DNA of 64,000 bases from positions 12,262 to 76,261 of the IMG/VR virus record IMGVR_UViG_2974623298_000001, one strand, 5' to 3'. Every line of letters begins with the position of its first letter. Positions within the stretch are counted from its first letter, which is position 1. The notes beneath the pieces are model-generated. The model was not told where the DNA came from. It was given only the letters and a program-made list of their open reading frames with translations, and did not search any database. The position numbers and the translations under genes were made by a program. Source of the DNA: a virus. Lineage: Duplodnaviria > Caudoviricetes. This document shows, one piece after another, positions 1 through 8,099 of the stretch.

Positions 1-1
1 C

Positions 2-154
2 GGCTCCGGCTGGAGTAATATTGTCCACGCAACTGACGTGACAGACCTCGGTATTGTGGGCAACCAGTGGGAAGGTGCGTTCACGGTATCCCCCCTGTCC
101 GGAACGAGGGTTACGAACTTCGTATCAGCTGGAAACTCCAGCGGCAATACCTAA
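2..154 (+). CDS. 3' end of a truncated upstream gene (hypothetical)
   Basis: Frame 2 is open from the window edge to TAA at 152-154 (GSGWSNIVHATDVTD...GNT). Confidence 0.35.
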   Translation, partial: GSGWSNIVHATDVTDLGIVGNQWEGAFTVSPLSGTRVTNFVSAGNSSGNT

Positions 155-170
155 CACAGAAATTGGTGCC

Positions 171-476
171 ATGAAACCAGAGTCGAGACACCCACTGAGG
201 TGTACGTGCAGGACACAGCCGCTGTTGGCTTACTACGGCAGGAACAGTAGAGGTCGGGCGTTTGTTCATGTAGCTTCATTCAAGAACAAGCGTCCGATCT
301 CGCAGGTATATACCACTGCACCCATATCAATTTGGTGTCCATCGTGCGGCAAGTGGTGGAACATCTTCGTGAAGAACGAGAAGCTCACCGCGGAAGAACG
401 ACAGAGTGCTCCCCCGGTCCCCGAGCAAAAATCCAAATCGCGGGTATTGCTGGACAACCCGCCGGACGACCAGTAA
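171..476 (+). CDS. Hypothetical protein, CxC/CxxC zinc-ribbon-like
   Basis: Inside ORF 54..476; ATG at 171; CTC and CPSC motifs. Confidence 0.5.
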   Translation: MKPESRHPLRCTCRTQPLLAYYGRNSRGRAFVHVASFKNKRPISQVYTTAPISIWCPSCGKWWNIFVKNEKLTAEERQSAPPVPEQKSKSRVLLDNPPDDQ

Positions 477-490
477 GGTTTGGTGACATT

Positions 491-1720
491 ATGACAACGG
501 CCACACTATCGCCCGCACAGAGGCGGAATTGTGTCTTTGTTCGGAACCTCGGTGCGCCGACGAAGTCCTACACCAAACAGGTGGACGACAAGTCTGGCAG
601 CGGCGGAACCGTCGAAGCGCTCATCGTTGAGGGCAAGCCGATCTTCCGAAGCGGCACGTTCTCCGACAGCATGGGCATCGAGCACACCTGGGAAACGCTG
701 CACATGAACCAGATGGTGGATCATGCGGCGCTGCTTTCCAGTCGCGGCATCTTCGAAGACGTGCCGGTACGCAAGGGGCATCCCGATTGGGGCGGCCTGT
801 TCAGCGATCCGGTTCGCAACGCGATGGACGAACTCATCGGGTACATGGGCAACTTCCGTACCGAAGAGCGGGTCAACCCGGCCGACGGGCAGACCTACAC
901 ATACTTGCTCGCAGACCTCGAAATCCTCGAGGAGAACGCGATCAAGAACATCAAGTCCGGTCTCTGGCGGAACGTGTCCGCTGAGATCAGTACATACGTC
1001 ACCAACGGTAATGCCGAGTACTGGCCTGTCATGTATGGGGTGGCCTACGTAGACATCCCAGCTGTCGAGGGTCTCAAGGCTCAGCACTCCAAGGCGGCGA
1101 ATCAATTCAGCATCATTCTGGAGGAAGACATGGGACCGACGCCCACCAACCCGAACCCCCCGGTTCCGAACGAACAGGGCAACAGCGGCGAGCAGAACAA
1201 CCAGGGCAACAGCCAGCACAGCGCTCCGGCTCCGGCCGCCCCCGCCGCCCCCGCTTTCTCGTTCAGCATCGGCGGCAAGCAGACCACCGACTTCTCGGCA
1301 GTGCAGGCGCACATCAACGGTCTCGAGACCGAGAACGGTGTGCTCAAGCAGTTCAAGCAGGAGTCGGTCGAAGCCGGTCGCGCCGCCTTCGTGAAGTCGC
1401 TCGTCGAGACCAACCGAGTCCCCGCGTCCGAGGAGCAGAAGTTCCTCGACTATGCGAAGAAGCAGAGCGACGAAGACTTCGCAGAGTGGAAGGCCATGAT
1501 GGAGATGATTCCAGTCATGGGCATCGCCACCCCGCAGGGCGCGGGCTTCTCGCAGAGCCACGACCAGACCCAGCAGACCGATGCCAAGGCCGAGCGCATC
1601 GACGTGCTCAAGTCCATCGTGTCCTCGCACAAGCTGGGCAACCGCATGACCACCGCTCAGATCATGGAGCAGCCCTCGTACAAGGAGCTCCTCCAGCTCG
1701 ATCCGACCTTCACCCTCTAG
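491..1720 (+). CDS. Capsid maturation protease with C-terminal scaffold-like region
   Basis: ATG at 491 within ORF 332..1720; GHP and VSAE motifs, Pro/Ala linker and coiled coil; lies upstream of the capsid genes. Confidence 0.7.
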   Translation: MTTATLSPAQRRNCVFVRNLGAPTKSYTKQVDDKSGSGGTVEALIVEGKPIFRSGTFSDSMGIEHTWETLHMNQMVDHAALLSSRGIFEDVPVRKGHPDWGGLFSDPVRNAMDELIGYMGNFRTEERVNPADGQTYTYLLADLEILEENAIKNIKSGLWRNVSAEISTYVTNGNAEYWPVMYGVAYVDIPAVEGLKAQHSKAANQFSIILEEDMGPTPTNPNPPVPNEQGNSGEQNNQGNSQHSAPAPAAPAAPAFSFSIGGKQTTDFSAVQAHINGLETENGVLKQFKQESVEAGRAAFVKSLVETNRVPASEEQKFLDYAKKQSDEDFAEWKAMMEMIPVMGIATPQGAGFSQSHDQTQQTDAKAERIDVLKSIVSSHKLGNRMTTAQIMEQPSYKELLQLDPTFTL

Positions 1721-1756
1721 GTTCGCGGCCACCCTCAAGAAGAAGGAAGAAACACA

Positions 1757-2227
1757 ATGGCTGATTTCGTCAAGGGCCGCGAAGAGTACGCGGTCCACGG
1801 GAAGCGGAACATTCTCCGCCACGCCCACCCCGGCTCGTTCACGGTGGTCTCCAAGACCATCTCGCACGAAGCCTTCCCGGTGGCCGAGGATGCAGACGGC
1901 AACCCCGACTACGTGCTGCAGGAGGGCGAGGTCCTCGTCAACCTGACCTCCGGCCCGCACGCGGGCAAGTGCGTCCCCTTCCAGCTGGACCCGGCGTCGC
2001 CCTTCACAGACGGTCGCTCGACGGTCGCCAACCTGGTCGGCGTCTGCAAGGACTACTTCGGCTGGGAGCTCTCCGAGCGCGATGTCGAGGCAGGGGTTCT
2101 GGATCGTGGGCACCTGATCCAGAACTGGTGCACCATCCGAGACGCGGACGGCAACCGTGTCACCCTGACCAACACTGTTGCGGACGCTCTCCGTAGCAAG
2201 AAGAACCTCGACATCCTCTTCTCGTAA
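1757..2227 (+). CDS. Probable capsid decoration protein
   Basis: 156 aa between protease and major capsid (lambda gpD-like position); good RBS. Confidence 0.55.
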   Translation: MADFVKGREEYAVHGKRNILRHAHPGSFTVVSKTISHEAFPVAEDADGNPDYVLQEGEVLVNLTSGPHAGKCVPFQLDPASPFTDGRSTVANLVGVCKDYFGWELSERDVEAGVLDRGHLIQNWCTIRDADGNRVTLTNTVADALRSKKNLDILFS

Positions 2228-2239
2228 GGAGACGAACAA

Positions 2240-3439
2240 GTGACCGCATCACTGGGCATGTTCAACAAGCCCCAGCCCACTGCCCATGGCGCGCAGCCAC
2301 TGGACAAGCTCATCCGCAAGGAGGTGGCGCTCGGCGTCATCAAGGAGATCGTCAAGCCGGAGGACCACCTCGGCCTGACCCTCTTCCCCTTCAAGGACGT
2401 GCCGACCGACGACTACATCTTCTCGTACGTCAAGGGTCTGACCACCGGCCTGGCACCCGCCATCGCCGAGTCGGCCGAGTCGGAACTGGCCCAGAAGGAC
2501 AGCGGCCTGGCCAACCAGGGTCGTGCGTCGATCATCGACTGGCGCCTCAAGGACCACTACGACGCCGCCGACGTGCAGCGTTTCCTGGACCTGCAGCTCC
2601 TGGCCGAGGCCAACCAGTTCGGCCCGTACGGCCTGCCGAACACCCTGATGGGTGACATCAATCAGCTGCCGCAGCGGATGCAGCGCGACACCGAAGAGCG
2701 TCGTCGCCGCCTCGACAACCGAGCCGAATGGCTCATCATGCAGTCGCTGTCCAACGGAGGCATCGCTTACAACGACGGCAACATCAAGTTCTCCGTCGAC
2801 TGGAAGCGTCCTGTTGATCAGCAGGCTCAGACGCCGGCCTCGGGCACCTACGCCAGCACGACCCACGATCCCATCGGGGACATCAACAAGATCAAGCGAC
2901 TGATCTACAACCGCTACGGCGTGCTGATCACTCGCGCGATCTGCTCGAACAAGTTCCTGTTGAGCCTCATCAATTCGGACAAGTTCATCCTCCGTGCAGG
3001 ACTGGGCACCGCAGCGAACTCGGGCATCGGTCAGTCGGACATCCCCTACCTGATCAACGGCTGGGGTCCGCAGGTTGCCATCGACATCGTCGAGCAGCAG
3101 ACCGGCATCAAGTTCATCGAGTACGATTCGGGCTACCGCAGCAAGCCCGACTTCGCTCAGGGGCCGGTCACCTTCAACCGGTACCTGCCCGAAAACCGGG
3201 TCATCTTCATGCCGGACGACAACGCGATGGCCGAGTACGACTCCTCGGACATCGGTCTCGGCAAGATGCTGACCAGCCCGCACAGCATGGGCAACGGGTC
3301 CGCAGGGTTCTACATGTGGGAGCAGGACACCACGGACCCCTGGGGCAAGAACGTGGGAACCGGGATCAAGATGTTCCCGCTCTTCCCGCACATGGAGCTC
3401 ACGTACACAATGGACGTGACCCTCCCCGCCGATCTCTGA
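2240..3439 (+). CDS. Major capsid protein
   Basis: 399 aa, AAGGAG RBS, synteny, strong GC3 bias. Confidence 0.85.
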   Translation: MTASLGMFNKPQPTAHGAQPLDKLIRKEVALGVIKEIVKPEDHLGLTLFPFKDVPTDDYIFSYVKGLTTGLAPAIAESAESELAQKDSGLANQGRASIIDWRLKDHYDAADVQRFLDLQLLAEANQFGPYGLPNTLMGDINQLPQRMQRDTEERRRRLDNRAEWLIMQSLSNGGIAYNDGNIKFSVDWKRPVDQQAQTPASGTYASTTHDPIGDINKIKRLIYNRYGVLITRAICSNKFLLSLINSDKFILRAGLGTAANSGIGQSDIPYLINGWGPQVAIDIVEQQTGIKFIEYDSGYRSKPDFAQGPVTFNRYLPENRVIFMPDDNAMAEYDSSDIGLGKMLTSPHSMGNGSAGFYMWEQDTTDPWGKNVGTGIKMFPLFPHMELTYTMDVTLPADL

Positions 3440-3458
3440 TCGAAAGGAAGTAAGCGAC

Positions 3459-3653
3459 ATGGCCTCGAAGAGCACAGTCGTCGTCAAGAAGAAGGGCGCC
3501 CGAGGTGGCGTCAACCCCGGCACTGCGGGCACCGGGGCAGGCCTCCTGCCCTACGGCGCGCAGACCGGTGGACAGTCCAGCGCCGATCCGGTCAAGTCGG
3601 TGAAGGCGACGCAGGACAAGAACCGCCGCGCCATCGGCTACGGCCAGCGCTGA
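3459..3653 (+). CDS. Small basic hypothetical protein
   Basis: 64 aa with GAAAGGAAG RBS after the capsid gene. Confidence 0.6.
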   Translation: MASKSTVVVKKKGARGGVNPGTAGTGAGLLPYGAQTGGQSSADPVKSVKATQDKNRRAIGYGQR

Positions 3654-3659
3654 CAGACT

Positions 3660-3702
3660 CTACGCCGACCGAGTGGCCTTCCCCAGCACTCGGTCGGCGT
3701 AG
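3660..3702. terminator. 16-bp perfect hairpin (no U tract)
   Basis: CTACGCCGACCGAGTG / CACTCGGTCGGCGTAG, intergenic. Confidence 0.55.
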
Positions 3703-3725
3703 TCTCGCATCCGCAAAGGAGAATC

Positions 3726-4043
3726 ATGCCAGAGAACACCGAGGCTTCGGTCAAGGCCGAAGCCGAAGACGACAAGCCGATCGGTCGTCCCGACTCGCCG
3801 AACGCAGACGAGCCCGCCAACAAGGCAGACGCGATCATCTACTCGGACGAGGAGCGCGAGGACTACGAGCGCTTCGGGGCAACCCCGCCGCCCGAGCATC
3901 CGAACTTCGGTGCCACGTACTTCGACAACAAGTCGGAGGACAAGGACTCGGACAAGGAGTCCGAAGAGGAAGTCAAGGTCGAGCCCAAGCAGAGTGCTCC
4001 GACCCCTCCGCCCGCACCGCCCGCACCCAACGCAAAGGGATAG
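3726..4043 (+). CDS. Acidic, Pro-rich hypothetical protein
   Basis: 105 aa with AAGGAG RBS. Confidence 0.65.
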   Translation: MPENTEASVKAEAEDDKPIGRPDSPNADEPANKADAIIYSDEEREDYERFGATPPPEHPNFGATYFDNKSEDKDSDKESEEEVKVEPKQSAPTPPPAPPAPNAKG

Positions 4044-4050
4044 CTGACAG

Positions 4051-4566
4051 ATGCCGAACCGCCCCGTGTACTGCACAACGGCTGCAATCCAGACGCATGT
4101 GCAGAACATCAAGCTCCCGCAGAATGCAACCTGGGAGAGCTTGGCCGAGACTGCCTCGAATGAGATAGACTCGCGTCTCGGTGTGCGGTACGTCACTCCG
4201 TTCCAGGTATCCCCCAGCGATCCAGCTCAGCGCGCCGCCGCCTTCTGGCTGCAGAACGTCACCAGCATGGTGGCGGCGGCGCGTCTGATGCTGTCGATCG
4301 CAGCGCCGGGATCGCAAGACAGTGCCAACAGCTATGGCCAGTACCTGTTGCGTAACGTCAATGAACTGGTCAACGATGTCATTTCCGGCAAGGTAGACCT
4401 AGCCGGATGTGAGGAAGTCGGTGCGAATGACTCGGTCATTCAAGGCCCGACGATTCTCAACGAAGATGCTTTTTCCCAGGTCGATGTGTTCTACGACAAC
4501 TTCGCACCTGAAGGAATCATGCCTGGCCTCAAGCCTCGACCGAGGGGCAATCCGTGGCCGACATAG
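4051..4566 (+). CDS. Head-to-tail adaptor
   Basis: 171 aa; N-terminal YCT..I motif and position after the capsid genes. Confidence 0.6.
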   Translation: MPNRPVYCTTAAIQTHVQNIKLPQNATWESLAETASNEIDSRLGVRYVTPFQVSPSDPAQRAAAFWLQNVTSMVAAARLMLSIAAPGSQDSANSYGQYLLRNVNELVNDVISGKVDLAGCEEVGANDSVIQGPTILNEDAFSQVDVFYDNFAPEGIMPGLKPRPRGNPWPT

Positions 4567-5048
4567 TTCTCGAGACGATTGTTGACATCAGTCGTCCGAC
4601 ACTCAGAATCAAGGCGTACCAGGATAAGGTAGAGGGCGCATCCCTTGCTGCATTCATGCAGGGATTCGCTGCCCCTCTTCTCCAGGAACGAGCAAGTGAT
4701 CGCTTCGACAACGAAGGCGATTCGGCGTCGGGCAAGTGGAGATCACTCCAGCCCTCGACCATCGCCCGCCGCGAGAAGGCCGGTCACGTACCAATCAAGA
4801 TCAACGACAGGACCGGCGCCATGCGGGCCTGGGTGGAGAGTGCGCAGGGCAGGATCACAGCTGTCAAGTACGCAGCGGTACTCGAGTGGCCTGGCACTCC
4901 GGCCAACCGTACGATCGGACGCAAGCTCAAGGTTGCTCAGATGGGCTTGCCCACGCCGTACACACCTCCGCGTCCTGTCGTGGCAATCGAGGGTGAAGAC
5001 TTGCTGACGATTCTCGTTGCAATGGAGAACTGGATTGGAGCACCATGA
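4554..5048 (+). CDS. Virion morphogenesis / neck protein
   Basis: 164 aa; RF..EG....GKW..L..ST..R pattern of the phage virion morphogenesis family; synteny. Confidence 0.6.
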   Translation: MADIVLETIVDISRPTLRIKAYQDKVEGASLAAFMQGFAAPLLQERASDRFDNEGDSASGKWRSLQPSTIARREKAGHVPIKINDRTGAMRAWVESAQGRITAVKYAAVLEWPGTPANRTIGRKLKVAQMGLPTPYTPPRPVVAIEGEDLLTILVAMENWIGAP

Positions 5049-5530
5049 TTGAGAGTCCTGGTGACACCTTCTTTCCATACAACGTAATTGAGAAGCTCGA
5101 GAACGCCGTGCGTGCGTATATCGACTCGTCGCTGAACTTCGAGCGACGCAGACTTCTGGTGACGGACCCCAACGACACTGTGGGAATCATACCCATCAGC
5201 TGGAATCCGTCAGCAGGGGAGATCGGCAGAGTTGAGTCTTCGATTCAGCTCTACACGATTTACATTCAGACGTTGATCGTTGATCCCGACGAGGCGCGAG
5301 GACTGCAAACGCACTCCTACTTCGCTAAGCGCATGAGGGAAATGCTTGTGCGCAACCCGGTCCTTCGTGTAGCGTTAGGGAAACTCGAGACGGTTGACCC
5401 GGCGGGCGTGAAAGAAAAGACTCTGAACGTCACTGTTGGCGAGCAAGTCTTCCACAACCAGGAGACCGACGGTAACTGGCGGTACCTGAGTACGCTTGAG
5501 CTTCGGCTCGAAACCCAGATCAGTAACTAG
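5045..5530 (+). CDS. Tail terminator / head-tail joining protein
   Basis: 161 aa with ATGA overlap, upstream of the major tail gene. Confidence 0.55.
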   Translation: MIESPGDTFFPYNVIEKLENAVRAYIDSSLNFERRRLLVTDPNDTVGIIPISWNPSAGEIGRVESSIQLYTIYIQTLIVDPDEARGLQTHSYFAKRMREMLVRNPVLRVALGKLETVDPAGVKEKTLNVTVGEQVFHNQETDGNWRYLSTLELRLETQISN

Positions 5531-5543
5531 TAAGGGAGTTGTA

Positions 5544-5912
5544 ATGGCTGAAGCGCCAACCCCCGATGAGCTCGCAGCCAAGCGCCGCGAGCTCAAGGAG
5601 CTGCGTCAGCAGAACGCTGACACGCAGGTCAATCGGGATCAGAAGGCCGCCGAGGAGCGTCGCGTTCGCGAGATGGAGGCGATCCAGGCGGAGATCAACT
5701 ACGAACTCCAGGCGCAGGCGATCCTCGAAGGCAAGCCGCTGCCGGACTTCAACGAGCCGCCGACCAACGAGCCGCCGGACAACTCCAGCGTTCCGGCCTC
5801 CACCGACCAGTCCAACACCGACGACAAGACCGACGAGCAGGCGGCATCACAGACGCCACAGGCTCCGCAGGTCAACCTCGGCGGGGACGACGACAACCAG
5901 GAAGGGGCGTAA
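5544..5912 (+). CDS. Hypothetical protein (coiled coil plus acidic tail)
   Basis: ATG at 5544 with AAGGGAG RBS. Confidence 0.6.
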   Translation: MAEAPTPDELAAKRRELKELRQQNADTQVNRDQKAAEERRVREMEAIQAEINYELQAQAILEGKPLPDFNEPPTNEPPDNSSVPASTDQSNTDDKTDEQAASQTPQAPQVNLGGDDDNQEGA

Positions 5913-5915
5913 GTC

Positions 5916-6935
5916 ATGGGCGTCAGTTCACAGCAGGGCGTCTTCGGACTCAAGACCCAGTCCGCCCGAGGTGTCGCTGCCACCAACATCGGTACCACTG
6001 GCCTTGCCATGTACCGCACCGGCGGCTCGATGACTCCGAACCGGGAACTCATGATCCCGGACGCGGAGATCGGCGGCGGTCGAGACGTCCCCGACGCACT
6101 CCTCGGACCCATCTCGTTCGGTGGCGACATCGAGTACTACACTCGATTCAACTCCATCGGCATCCTGTTGAAGGCTGCACTCGGAGCCCCCGTCAGCGCG
6201 GCTGGCACGGCAACCGGCACCAACGTTCACACCTTCACCCCGACGGACGCCACCACGCTTCCGTTCCTGACGGTGTACGAGCGCATCGGTGCAGACCTCG
6301 AGCGCATCCTCTACACCGACGTCGTGGTGAACACGCTGCATCTCGAGTCGGACGCCGACGGGTACCTCACCGGCACCGCAGGTCTCATCGCCTGCCGTGG
6401 CCTGTTCGGAACCCCGGACGTGGACGTTTCGCAGGTGCTCGACGAGACCACCATCACGGTCGGCACGAACATCCAGGTGCTCTACGACGGCGCGAACATC
6501 AAGCCGAAGTCGTTCAGCATCGACATCAACAACAACTTCGAGGACGACGACTTCCGTCTCGGCTCCTTCTACCTGGAGGACCTCACCCCGAAGCGTCGAG
6601 AGGTCAACGGGTCGCTCACCCTGCGGCACGAGACCAAGGACCTCATGCGGCAGGCCCTGCTCGGCTCGTCCTCGTCCACCCTGGCCGGCGGTCTCACCAC
6701 CAAGAAGCCGATCGAAATCCAGATCGACACCTACGGCGAGATCGAGGGTTCGGCTCCGGCCACTCCGTACTCGCTGAATCTGGAGTTCGGCAAGACGGTG
6801 TTCGAGCCGTTCGGCTTCGAGCCCTCGGGCGATGACATCCTCGAGTCGGATGTCACCTTCCAGGCGCTTCGCCCGGTCGCCGAGGACCCGGTCATGACCG
6901 CGATCCTGACCAACGGCCTCGCCGCCATCCCGTAA
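5916..6935 (+). CDS. Major tail (tube) protein
   Basis: 339 aa, beta-rich, upstream of the chaperone and tape measure. Confidence 0.8.
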   Translation: MGVSSQQGVFGLKTQSARGVAATNIGTTGLAMYRTGGSMTPNRELMIPDAEIGGGRDVPDALLGPISFGGDIEYYTRFNSIGILLKAALGAPVSAAGTATGTNVHTFTPTDATTLPFLTVYERIGADLERILYTDVVVNTLHLESDADGYLTGTAGLIACRGLFGTPDVDVSQVLDETTITVGTNIQVLYDGANIKPKSFSIDINNNFEDDDFRLGSFYLEDLTPKRREVNGSLTLRHETKDLMRQALLGSSSSTLAGGLTTKKPIEIQIDTYGEIEGSAPATPYSLNLEFGKTVFEPFGFEPSGDDILESDVTFQALRPVAEDPVMTAILTNGLAAIP

Positions 6936-6960
6936 GCCCCCCGGTTACCTCCTGGGGAAC

Positions 6961-7006
6961 CAGACTCCCGCATCGAGACCGGCGAACCTCTCGGTGCGGG
7001 AGTCTG
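6961..7006. terminator. Long hairpin immediately upstream of the tRNA
   Basis: CAGACTCCCGCA / TGCGGGAGTCTG arms, extendable to ~18 bp with one G-U pair. Confidence 0.55.
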
Positions 7007-7011
7007 TCCAT

Positions 7012-7085
7012 TCAACCATAGCTCAATTCGGCAGAGCGCCCGACTGTTAATCGGGTGGTTGTAGGTTCGAGTCCTACTGGTTGAG
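7012..7085 (+). tRNA. trnN: tRNA-Asn (GTT)
   Basis: Acceptor TCAACCA/TGGTTGA; D arm GCTC..GAGC; anticodon arm CCCGA-CTGTTAA-TCGGG; T arm GTAGG-TTCGAGT-CCTAC; CCA not encoded. Confidence 0.95.
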
Positions 7086-7125
7086 CGCAGTACAGATGTC
7101 AACTAAGACCAGTGAAAGGGTCACC

Positions 7126-7719
7126 ATGACACACGCAGGAATCCCGACCGCCACCCAGGACACGAGCGACTTCGACGGTCGTCCCGAGGTGGAACGTGCC
7201 AACCAGGCAGCGGTTGCCGCTGGCGAGAAGATCGAAGAGAAACAATTCGTCGATTACTTCGCCGCGCCCCTCCCGAAGCGTTGGTACCTGCCCGACGGCG
7301 TTCAGTACTTCGAGTACCAGGAACTCCGCGAGGGCGGCAAGTCGGCTTACGAGAAGCTGACGAACAAGGACATCCGCGTTCAGCGGTCCACCGGCGACGC
7401 ACGCCTGTCGGTCGATCCGGCGATCCAGCGCCAGTCGCTGATCCGCTTGTCGGTCACCGATGTCTACCTCCTGCAGAAGGATTCGGGCGGCAATCCGCAG
7501 CCCATGCCCTTCAACAAGGAGCGTCCCGGCAAGTTCTGGGAGAACCTGTTCACGTTCTTCCCGGCCGCACTCATCGACAAGCTCCACCAGGAGATCGTCG
7601 ACGTCAACGCCTGGCTCGCCGCCGACGACGACGTCGAGGCCCTCAAGGAGGAGCGCGAGCGTCTCGACGAGCGCATCCAGAAGGCCGAAGAGGAGCAGGC
7701 AAAAAAGCTCTCCTTGTAG
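7126..7719 (+). CDS. Tail assembly chaperone (G-like)
   Basis: ATG at 7126 after GAAAGG; lies between major tail and tape measure; ends just after A AAA AAG. Confidence 0.8.
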   Translation: MTHAGIPTATQDTSDFDGRPEVERANQAAVAAGEKIEEKQFVDYFAAPLPKRWYLPDGVQYFEYQELREGGKSAYEKLTNKDIRVQRSTGDARLSVDPAIQRQSLIRLSVTDVYLLQKDSGGNPQPMPFNKERPGKFWENLFTFFPAALIDKLHQEIVDVNAWLAADDDVEALKEERERLDERIQKAEEEQAKKLSL

Positions 7720-7994
7720 AACAGGCCGCCGACTTCGTCAAGGGAAATCGGATAGCCAACCCTCATCCCGCCCTGCTCATCTACGGCAGACTCGAGGCGA
7801 TGAAGTGGTCGATACCCTACACGCCAGGTGGGCTTGAGGATCAGAGCGTGATGCTGCTGAGATGCTTCGATGTGATCAATCGGGTCAAGGCAGAACACGA
7901 ACGACAAGAACAGAAGAAGCGCGAACAAGAGTCCAAGTCGAAACGTCCCAATCCAAGGGGCGGTTCTCGACCAACGGGCAAGCGCAGAAGGTAA
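7701..7994 (+). CDS. Tail assembly chaperone -1 frameshift extension (GT-like)
   Basis: In-phase A AAA AAG at 7701-7707; the -1 frame is open to 7994. Confidence 0.8.
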   Translation, partial: KKALLVEQAADFVKGNRIANPHPALLIYGRLEAMKWSIPYTPGGLEDQSVMLLRCFDVINRVKAEHERQEQKKREQESKSKRPNPRGGSRPTGKRRR

Positions 7995-8031
7995 CAACGA
8001 GGGCGGTGCTTGCGGGCACCGCCCTCGTTGT
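7994..8031. terminator. 16-bp perfect hairpin before the tape measure gene
   Basis: ACAACGAGGGCGGTGC / GCACCGCCCTCGTTGT. Confidence 0.55.
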
Positions 8032-8099
8032 GTATCATGGACAGCACTCAACGGGCACACGAGGCCCATTCCAATGGACCTCGAAGTCTGGAGTAAGCG

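Noticed and set aside
332-490. N-terminal extension of the protease ORF
   Set aside because: It overlaps the upstream gene and reads as off-frame sequence; the ATG at 491 fits better.
506-3532. Long - strand ORFs (577 aa, 427 aa) opposite the capsid genes, and similar shadows elsewhere (e.g. 11298..13850)
   Set aside because: These are antisense shadows of GC3-biased genes, with no RBS or motifs.
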